Part shown: positions 1-6,519 of the stretch, piece by piece | Position numbering within the stretch: the stretch's first letter is position 1 | How the letters are laid out: every line of letters starts with the position of its first letter | Virus record (IMG/VR): IMGVR_UViG_3300049732_000296 | Coordinates: 1 to 53,002 of that record | Direction: 5' to 3' (one strand) | Length of the DNA: 53,002 nucleotides | Origin: a virus | Taxonomy: Duplodnaviria > Caudoviricetes | Position numbers and translations under genes: made by a program | Notes under the pieces: model-generated | What the model was told of the DNA's origin: nothing | The model's database searches: none | The model's input: only the letters and a program-made list of their open reading frames with translations

Positions 1-246
1 AAGCTGCTCGTCAAGAACGCGGACGCCGTCGAGGCGATCCATGTCCTCGCCTACGAGTGCCTACGATCGCCCGGGATGGCCGTCGCTGTTACTCAGATCG
101 CTGACGGTCTTGAGACGGTTCGGATCTCTGCCGCAAGAAAGGCAGAAGGGCTTTCAGAATTACCCGAGCCTCGTCCTCCGGAGACAAGTCCGAGCGGTCC
201 GGAGCGACGCAGGCCGACGCGGAAGACGCGAAAGGAAACGGAATGA
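1..246 (+). CDS. 3' end of putative repressor-position gene of left-hand phage (partial)
   Basis: Open frame from base 1 (KLLVKNADAVEAIHVLAYE...RKTRKETE*); same position relative to the downstream membrane-protein gene as 47125..47508. Confidence 0.5.
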   Translation, partial: KLLVKNADAVEAIHVLAYECLRSPGMAVAVTQIADGLETVRISAARKAEGLSELPEPRPPETSPSGPERRRPTRKTRKETE

Positions 247-259
247 TCTGTCCCACCAT
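89..259 (-). CDS. small antisense ORF (56 aa, MVGQIIPFP...)
   Basis: AGGA-type RBS; N-terminus resembles 47318..47518 (MGDIIRFP); downstream of conserved minus-strand promoter. Confidence 0.45.
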   Translation of the reverse strand: MVGQIIPFPFASSASACVAPDRSDLSPEDEARVILKALLPFLRQRSEPSQDRQRSE

Positions 260-275
260 CAATCCTACCGGGATC

Positions 276-329
276 GGCTACCGGGTGCGACTCCCGGCGT
301 CTCGCCGGCCCGAATCGGCGAGTGGAGCC
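276..329 (-). ncRNA. candidate structured RNA leader (two hairpins closed by a GGCT/AGCC stem), copy A
   Basis: CTCGCCG-N8-CGGCGAG hairpin (301-322) and CCGGG-N7-CCCGG hairpin (281-297); stems covary with copy at 47538..47589. Confidence 0.5.
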
Positions 330-347
330 TGTCTCGACGTTGGGCCT

Positions 348-376
348 CTTATACTCCAGGCGGGATGAGAATGCAA
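348..376 (-). promoter_or_regulatory. sigma70-like antisense promoter TTGCAT-N17-TATAAG
   Basis: Both hexamers and 17-nt spacing identical at 47608..47636 while spacer sequence differs. Confidence 0.6.
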
Positions 377-790
377 TGCCCGCCGTAGCAGGCCAGAAGA
401 ATGACCCGGCCGCTATTGGATGCGTCGTGGTACTTGCCGTTCTTGCCTTCTTTTGCGGGGTCGCGCGCGTGTCGTCCTGCGTCGGTGGCAAGGAAACCAC
501 CCAACAAGCCCAGGCACAGATCGCCGAGAAGGCGGCCATCTACGAGTCGGCCATCCAGCAGTTCCAGACCGCGGGGGTAGTAAAAAAAATACGAGCCCAG
601 GATGAACACCGCGCACGTCGACCCCTTGAAATGGGCGGCCCTCAACGTGGACGAGAAGGAGAAGCTGGCCTTCACGCTGGCCGAGTACTGTGGGACCAAG
701 AATGGGGTATCGGCGCGGGTCGAGATCTACAGCTACCAGAGCGGAAAGAAGCTGGCCGCCTATAGCGCGCTCGGATTCAAGGTCGAATGA
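376..790 (+). pseudogene. single-TM membrane protein, frameshifted at an A8 tract (homolog of 47636..48049)
   Basis: ORFs 376..765 and 602..790 together match the intact copy (NTAHVDP..WAALNVD.KEKLAF.LA.YCG); A8 at 582-589, A7 would restore the frame. Confidence 0.75.
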
Positions 791-981
791 GCACGCCCGA
801 GATCACCGCCTGCCCCCACTGTGGCGCGTCGATGCGCTCGAGCTCGCGCGTCTGTTCTCGCTGCCATCTTCCGCGGGAGGTCAAGGCCAGCATCGACTTC
901 GGACTGCGCCGGCACACGCCCAAGAGCCCTGACGTCCAGGATGAACCGAGGCCCGAGGTGGAAGATCTCGAGGTCGAATGA
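787..981 (+). CDS. small zinc-ribbon protein
   Basis: CPHC-x9-CSRC; ATGA overlaps; homolog at 48046..48222. Confidence 0.7.
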   Translation: MSTPEITACPHCGASMRSSSRVCSRCHLPREVKASIDFGLRRHTPKSPDVQDEPRPEVEDLEVE

Positions 982-1325
982 TGGAGATCAGGGCGTTCAT
1001 CTCGGATGTCCTCAAGGCCGTGGTCGACGGTGTCGTCGACGCTCAGATGGCGACCAAGTCATCGGGGGCAGTGATCAGCCCGGCGCGGTCACGGGAGTTC
1101 AGCATCCCCACCGATTTATCTGGCGCCGGCGGCGACATTCAGACGATCGATTTCGAGATCGCGATCACGGCGACGAAGCCCGAGCGTGGGAAGGGCGAGG
1201 CCCATCCCACCGTCTGGGCCGCGACGTCTGACGAGGTCGGAAGGCCATCCAGCTCACGGGCCCTATCGAGGCTGAAGTTCCGAGTTCCGGTGGCGCTCCC
1301 CGTTCAGCGCTCGCCGAAGAAGTGA
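978..1325 (+). CDS. Trypco2-like domain protein
   Basis: ME(I)RAFISDVLKAVVDGVVDAQ...IDFEIAITAT...SRLKFRVPVALP pattern; homologs at 48219 and 48575. Confidence 0.6.
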   Translation: MMEIRAFISDVLKAVVDGVVDAQMATKSSGAVISPARSREFSIPTDLSGAGGDIQTIDFEIAITATKPERGKGEAHPTVWAATSDEVGRPSSSRALSRLKFRVPVALPVQRSPKK

Positions 1326-2383
1326 TCCGCAAGCCCCGCACCGGTCCCCGCCGGCCGAAGGGTACGGGCCGAATCGACCAGCTCCCCTCCGGTGCGTGGC
1401 GGGCGAGGATCACGATCGCCGGAAGGATCTACCAGAAGACCCTGGTGGGGCACGGCGCCAGGACCCGCGTCAGGGCCTGGCTGGAATCGAAGATCGGGGA
1501 GCGGGCGGCCATCGAGTCCGGAACGGGTGACGTCCGCGGCACCCGGCAAGGCGTCACGGTGGAGAGCCTGGCGGACGAGTACCTGGAGGACCTGCGGCAG
1601 ATCGGGCGCACCCCTGACACGCTCCGCGGGTACCGGCGGCACCTGGCCGTGGTGCTGCGGCACTGGAGCCGGGTGCGGCTGCGGGAGCTGACCGGGCCGA
1701 GGCTCGAGCAGATCCGCGCGGAGATGACCGCGTTCAAGTGGTCGCCGTCCACGGTCCGGAACCGGCTCGACAGGCTCACCGGCATGGCCCGGTTCGCCAT
1801 GCGCATGGGCTACATCCCGGCCCGCGTGCTCCCGGTGAGACGGCCGAAGGTGACCATCGCGTCCAGACCCCACCCGTACACCGACGCCGAGGTCGCCGCG
1901 CTGGTGCAGGCCGCGAAGGCTGCGGGGCCGCGCGAGCTGGTCGCGGTCCTGCTCGGCGCCGACGCCGGGCTACGCCGCGGCGAGATCATGCGGGCGAGCA
2001 AGGCCGACTTCGACCCGCACCAGCGACGGCTCCACGTCCCGATGGGCAAGACGGGATCGCGGTGGATCCCCGTAACGCGACGCCTGGCGCGCGCGCTTGA
2101 CCGCTGTGAGCCGTTCTCCACCGGGAAGTACGTCTGCCGCCCGACGTGGACGGACCCGACTCCGCTCGTTGGGTGGCTCCAGGACGTCTGGGCGGCCGCT
2201 GGCATCGATGGCGGCACGAGGCTGCACCGGTTACGGCACTACTGGGCCACGCTGATGGTGCGCAACGGCGCGAAGCTCGATCAGCTCCTCGCGTGGGGCG
2301 GGTGGGCCAATCTCTCCACGGTGCGGCGGTATCTCCACGAGCGGGACGACCTGGACCGTAGCCCGGTGGACCGGATTCGATAG
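1322..2383 (+). CDS. int: tyrosine recombinase / phage integrase A
   Basis: GLRRGEI, KT, HRLRH, GW..LSTVRRY catalytic motifs; N-terminal arm-binding-like beta region; adjacent tRNA fragment. Confidence 0.93.
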   Translation: MIRKPRTGPRRPKGTGRIDQLPSGAWRARITIAGRIYQKTLVGHGARTRVRAWLESKIGERAAIESGTGDVRGTRQGVTVESLADEYLEDLRQIGRTPDTLRGYRRHLAVVLRHWSRVRLRELTGPRLEQIRAEMTAFKWSPSTVRNRLDRLTGMARFAMRMGYIPARVLPVRRPKVTIASRPHPYTDAEVAALVQAAKAAGPRELVAVLLGADAGLRRGEIMRASKADFDPHQRRLHVPMGKTGSRWIPVTRRLARALDRCEPFSTGKYVCRPTWTDPTPLVGWLQDVWAAAGIDGGTRLHRLRHYWATLMVRNGAKLDQLLAWGGWANLSTVRRYLHERDDLDRSPVDRIR

Positions 2384-2621
2384 TGTCATGGTAGTGTCAC
2401 GGGGACGGGATTTTCACGAAAAAGGTGGAGGCGGCGACCGGGATCGAACCGGTGATGAGGGTTTTGCAGAACGCTCTGGCCCCTCGGCCGCCCAGGGCCG
2501 CGCCGGTCCGTTTCGTGGTTAACCGGCTCGTTTCCATGGGCTTACTGGTTTGCCGTGGAATCCGGCCGTGACCACCCTGGACCATGAGAAACCGATGGGT
2601 CCTGCGGGGATAGTGTCACGG
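2381..2621 (+). repeat. integrase arm-type direct repeats TAGTGTCAYGG (2381, 2392, 2611)
   Basis: Three 11-mers flanking the tRNA-Cys core on both sides. Confidence 0.7.
2426..2470 (-). tRNA. 3' half of tRNA-Cys(GCA); att core, not an intact tRNA
   Basis: Minus strand CTGCAAAACCCTCATCACCGGTTCGATCCCGGTCGCCGCCTCCA; upstream sequence cannot form the anticodon stem or D-arm. Confidence 0.9.
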
Positions 2622-2652
2622 ACGGGCGCTCCCAGAAGGGAAGCAAAAGGGC

Positions 2653-2681
2653 TGGACGCTGCCCGGTGCGGCGCGTATAAC
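2653..2681 (+). promoter_or_regulatory. sigma70-like promoter TGGACG-N17-TATAAC
   Basis: Near-consensus hexamers 7 nt upstream of ATG 2689. Confidence 0.45.
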
Positions 2682-2688
2682 ACCCCCC

Positions 2689-2787
2689 ATGGTGAGAAAG
2701 CCGACCCGGAAGAAGCGGGCGCAGGACCTCGAGGACGAGGACGACGACCGGTGGTACGAGGCGCGTATCGCTTGCGTCTACGGCTGA
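2689..2787 (+). CDS. putative leaderless 32-aa peptide (MVRKPTRKKRAQDLEDEDDDRWYEARIACVYG)
   Basis: ATG at expected +1 of the promoter; no RBS. Confidence 0.35.
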   Translation: MVRKPTRKKRAQDLEDEDDDRWYEARIACVYG

Positions 2788-2938
2788 AGACGAGGGCTGC
2801 CGCCATCTGTGCGCCTAGCACTGCGGGAGTATACGTCCCCTTCTCGTAAACTCGACCCCTCGGGCGTAAGTGTGACCCGCTCTTTTTCTTGCGACGGCAC
2901 TACGGTCGGCAGCCCGCTCCCACCAGTTATTGGAACGC

Positions 2939-3655
2939 CTATCGACGGCCGAGCGACAGCTCGGGTCCGCCGGCGATCGCCCACTCGGAGCGGTCGAGGT
3001 CGTAGTCCAGATCGGCCCACCACCCGACGCGCTTCCGGCCGTACCAGCTGAGCCCGGCGCGCAGTCCCGGGTCGCTCGAGATGCCGACCCGGAGTGCCGC
3101 CCGCCAGCTGGCGAGCTGCTCTTCGACCGTCCCGGCCGGTCGGCTCGAGACCGCCTCGGACTCCGTCAGGTCAAGGGGGCCGTCGTACAGCCGGACCCAG
3201 GGGGCGTCGGATCCCATGCGCACGTCGCAGAACAGACGACCGCGCCAGCCGGCAACGACGCGATCGCCCTCCAACCCCTCGACCTTCTGCAGGCCCTCGG
3301 TGCCGGCCACGGCCTCGAGGTCGGTCAGGGCTGGATCCAGGACGACGTACTCCTTGATGGCCTCGCGGGCCTCCGGAGGCACCGGGCGGACCTCGCCGCG
3401 CAGCCGGGCGATCTCGACCGTGCGGGCCTGGACGTCGCCCTCAAGCTCGGCGACCTTGCCCTCCGCAGTGCGCAGCTCGCCGGCGAGCCGATCGAGGGCC
3501 TCCTGGTCGACCACCTTGACCTCGACGACCTCGGGGGGCAGGGGTGGCAGCGGAGGCGGAGGCGGCGGCTCGGGCCCTGTGCACCGGCCCAGCCCGAACG
3601 CCGCGGGGATCGCCACGAGGGCCAGGGCAAAGGCGATCAGGCGGAGGCGGGTCAT
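2939..3655 (-). CDS. putative spanin-like protein (N-terminal TM, Pro linker, coiled coil, C-terminal amphipathic beta strands)
   Basis: Start MTRLRLIAFALALVAIPAAFGLG; last gene of lysis cassette; homolog 50368..51078. Confidence 0.6.
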   Translation of the reverse strand: MTRLRLIAFALALVAIPAAFGLGRCTGPEPPPPPPLPPLPPEVVEVKVVDQEALDRLAGELRTAEGKVAELEGDVQARTVEIARLRGEVRPVPPEAREAIKEYVVLDPALTDLEAVAGTEGLQKVEGLEGDRVVAGWRGRLFCDVRMGSDAPWVRLYDGPLDLTESEAVSSRPAGTVEEQLASWRAALRVGISSDPGLRAGLSWYGRKRVGWWADLDYDLDRSEWAIAGGPELSLGRR

Positions 3656-3657
3656 GC

Positions 3658-3816
3658 TTACCCCCGCCGGCGACGCGTCCGACGCACCACCACCCAGACG
3701 GCGTGGAGCGGCAGCGAGGTGACGAGGACGCCGACGTAGGTGGTCGAGCACTTCGAGGCAACCACGCCCAGCAGGATCAGCGCGTGCGCGAACACGTGCA
3801 TCCCGATGGTGCTCAC
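3658..3816 (-). CDS. small hydrophobic lysis-cassette protein (52 aa)
   Basis: MSTIGMHVFAHALILLGVVASKC...; homolog 51463..51606 (HGALLLLGTAGSKC). Confidence 0.6.
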   Translation of the reverse strand: MSTIGMHVFAHALILLGVVASKCSTTYVGVLVTSLPLHAVWVVVRRTRRRRG

Positions 3817-4148
3817 GAGTCACCTCCACCGTCCGAAACGTTCGGTGCCGTCAGCTTCTTCGACGCCCACACGACGCCGTAGCTGCCGACGACGGTTGCG
3901 ACCGACATGAGCGCGATCCCGGCGAGCGACGCTTCCCAGCCCTCACCCGGGAGCGCCAGGAAGCCGGCCCGCCAGCCGACGATCCCGAGGAGGAACGAGT
4001 ACAGGAGCGCGTTGTACCGCTTCCGGTTGCCCTTGTTGGGGTCGGGGCTCGTGCGCCCGATGGGCAGCGTCGCCCATTCCGAGAGCCCCATCGCACTTCC
4101 ACCGATGGTCACGAACTGCACCAGGTAGCGGGCGAGCATGTCGTCCAT
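3813..4148 (-). CDS. putative holin (about 3 TM segments)
   Basis: 111 aa hydrophobic protein near endolysin; homolog 51603..51941. Confidence 0.65.
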   Translation of the reverse strand: MDDMLARYLVQFVTIGGSAMGLSEWATLPIGRTSPDPNKGNRKRYNALLYSFLLGIVGWRAGFLALPGEGWEASLAGIALMSVATVVGSYGVVWASKKLTAPNVSDGGGDS

Positions 4149-4603
4149 CAGCGTCTCTCCTTCAGCAGCTCACCGAGCTGTGTCTTGACCTCTGCGATCT
4201 GACCGCCGACGTGCCCGAGAGCTCCGTGAAATCCGGCGATCGTGGCGTCGAACGTGGCCTTGGCGACGAGATCCTGGTAGAGCCGTTGCTTCTGATTCTC
4301 GGCCCACTCCATGTGCGATTCCTGCCAGGCATGGAGCGCGGCGATCTTTTCCTTGTTCTCCTCGTGCATCCGATTCGCTTCTTCCTTGCGCGCGCTTTCT
4401 CTCTCTGACCTGGCCGACTCGTTCGCCTCCATCGTCGCGCTCAGGGCTCGGAACGCCCCGAACAGTCGAATGAGGGCACCGACGGCGGAGCCGAGCAGGA
4501 CGCCCATCGCCGCCACGAGGACGCGCATCACGATGTCGCCGGTCGTGGTCTGCGGAGCATCGTGCGAGGCGAGCTGGGCCAGCACGGCGAGGAGCACGCT
4601 CAT
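4148..4603 (-). CDS. TM + coiled-coil lysis-associated protein
   Basis: Start MSVLLAVLAQ overlapping endolysin stop; homolog 51941..52429. Confidence 0.65.
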   Translation of the reverse strand: MSVLLAVLAQLASHDAPQTTTGDIVMRVLVAAMGVLLGSAVGALIRLFGAFRALSATMEANESARSERESARKEEANRMHEENKEKIAALHAWQESHMEWAENQKQRLYQDLVAKATFDATIAGFHGALGHVGGQIAEVKTQLGELLKERR

Positions 4604-5076
4604 GGCACCTCCGGCAGCGGGTCGACCAATCCTCGGAGCCACAGCAGCGGGTGGATCGGCGTGTCGTTGATCCGCACTTCCCAGTGGAGGTGGGGCGGGA
4701 TCCCTGGGCGGTCGGCGTTGCCGGTCTTCCCTGTTCGGCCGAGCTGGTCGCCGGCTTTCAGCACGTCGCCGATGGCGCACGAGCGCGACTTCAGGTGGGC
4801 GTACCTCGTCTCGAGCCCGTCCGGCCCGGCCAAGTAGACGACCTCGCCGTAGGTGGTCGAGACGCCCGAGCGCGTCACCATGCCGTCGTGGGCCGCATGG
4901 CACGGCCAGTCCTGCACGCACAGCTCGTCGACTCCCTTGTGGGCCTGCGGCTTGCCCTGCTCGTTGGTCCTGGTCCAGCCGAAGTCGCCGATGGAAGGGT
5001 TAGCGGTTGAGGTACGCATCGGCGGGAGACCGTCGTCACCGGGCAGGCGACCGAGGAGCGGGTGGACGCGGATCAT
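4600..5076 (-). CDS. M23 family peptidase, putative endolysin
   Basis: HKGVD, YAHL, GKTGNA, PHLHWEVR motifs. Confidence 0.9.
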   Translation of the reverse strand: MIRVHPLLGRLPGDDGLPPMRTSTANPSIGDFGWTRTNEQGKPQAHKGVDELCVQDWPCHAAHDGMVTRSGVSTTYGEVVYLAGPDGLETRYAHLKSRSCAIGDVLKAGDQLGRTGKTGNADRPGIPPHLHWEVRINDTPIHPLLWLRGLVDPLPEVP

Positions 5077-5420
5077 CGCGCCGCCCTGTGCTCAGCCTGG
5101 ATGCGTCTCCGGCGCCGCTGCTCCTCCTGGATCTCGCTATAGAGCCCCTTGCGTAGACCCAGGCGTTTCACCTGGTAGCACATGACGCGATTCGAGACCC
5201 CGAGAAACTCCCCCGCTCGCTTCTGCGTCGAGAAGCGATCCATGGCGCCCTTGTAGGCCAGTCGCTCCAGAGCCTCGAGTACCGTCTCGTTCGGGCGGCG
5301 CCGCAGGTCCACCGCGTCGAGCAGGCTCATCAGGAGTCGGGCGAGCGGCTCCTCCCCGAGATCCTCGATGCGCTTACGCGCGACGTGCAGCTCGTGGGTC
5401 TCCGTCAGCGTCAGGCTCAC
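5073..5420 (-). CDS. Fis-like helix-turn-helix protein
   Basis: LERLAYKGAMDRFSTQKRAGEFLGVSNRVMCYQVKRLGL; GTG start overlapping upstream stop; homolog at 52803 onward. Confidence 0.7.
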   Translation of the reverse strand: MSLTLTETHELHVARKRIEDLGEEPLARLLMSLLDAVDLRRRPNETVLEALERLAYKGAMDRFSTQKRAGEFLGVSNRVMCYQVKRLGLRKGLYSEIQEEQRRRRRIQAEHRAAR

Positions 5421-6508
5421 GGAACCCTCGTGAACCGCACCGCGTCGGCCACGACGCTCGCCGTGCCGGCCGAAGCCTTGCGAACGGTCACACTCGCCTG
5501 CCCGGTGACGAACTGGTGTGTTCCGAGCGCGGAGGCCGATGTCCACTGCCCGCTGATCCTCTGGTCGCGCGTCACCGAGGCGAGCAGAGCAGACCCGTCG
5601 CGGATCTCGTAGACCGTGGCCGGGTCGCGCGTGCTCGTGCTCGTCCAGTAGGCCTCGACCGCGAGGCGGCCCGCTATCCCAGCGCGCCACGTCCAGGTCG
5701 ATCCCGTGGCAGTTGTCACGTGCGCGGTCCCGCTGCCGCCAGGCGGATATCGGGTCGACGCGGGGGCGGTCTCCGACCATGATCCGCTCGAAGAGACTGA
5801 CGCGGAGTCCACGTTGTCCACGACCACGAGGTCAGGTCCGGGCGCTGGACCCGTCGACACAAGGTCCGAGCGCGTGAGGTTCTGGACCGTTCCAGGGATG
5901 ACCACGGCCGTGATCGTCGCGGGAACGTCCAGGTACGTGTTGTCCGGGTTCGTGATCGTAAGCGTCACAGTCTGCGGCGCCGTCGGAGACGAGACCACCG
6001 CCACGGTGAACGTCATCGACGTGCAGCTCGCCCACTGGACGGCCGACACCATCACGTCCTGGGAGTTGTCGGTCACCTGGAGCCCGCTCCTCAGATTCGT
6101 GCCGGTTACCGTTACCTGGACGGTTTGTCCCGCGAACCACTGCGCCGGGGCAATGCTCGAGACGGTGATCCGTGGCCAGCCGCTGATCTCGTTCGAGAAC
6201 TGCGCCGAGGGCGTGACCGTCCCGCCGACCGTGCAGGTTGCCTTGACGGCGACGAAGCTGGTCGTGCAGTCCGGAGCGGTGAGGTTGAACGCGGTGACGT
6301 TGCCCGTGGGAGTGACGGTCGAGTACGTCCCACTGGCCGTACCGCGGTGGACGGTGTACCCCTTCGTGTCACACCCAGTCGTCGGGAAGGCGACTGGGTC
6401 CCACCGGGCCGGGATCTCTCCGGCGAAGACCCGACACGCGGTCCACCCGCAGATGACCAACGAGATGACGATCGCCGCCAGCAGGCCCAAGAACCGTGCT
6501 CGCTTCAT
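5417..6508 (-). CDS. exported protein: signal peptide + Fn3-like + IPT/TIG-like + C-terminal CBM/golvesin-like domain
   Basis: GGAGG RBS; MKRARFLGLLAAIVISLVICGWTACRVFA; WDPV..GYTVHRG.ASG.Y; VTVTGTNL; VVVDNVD...VVADAVRF. Confidence 0.75.
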   Translation of the reverse strand: MKRARFLGLLAAIVISLVICGWTACRVFAGEIPARWDPVAFPTTGCDTKGYTVHRGTASGTYSTVTPTGNVTAFNLTAPDCTTSFVAVKATCTVGGTVTPSAQFSNEISGWPRITVSSIAPAQWFAGQTVQVTVTGTNLRSGLQVTDNSQDVMVSAVQWASCTSMTFTVAVVSSPTAPQTVTLTITNPDNTYLDVPATITAVVIPGTVQNLTRSDLVSTGPAPGPDLVVVDNVDSASVSSSGSWSETAPASTRYPPGGSGTAHVTTATGSTWTWRAGIAGRLAVEAYWTSTSTRDPATVYEIRDGSALLASVTRDQRISGQWTSASALGTHQFVTGQASVTVRKASAGTASVVADAVRFTRVP

Positions 6509-6519
6509 GGTCTGTCCTC

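Noticed and set aside
2426-2500. Intact tRNA-Cys gene
   Set aside because: The 5' half cannot pair to form the anticodon stem or D-arm; only the att-core half is present
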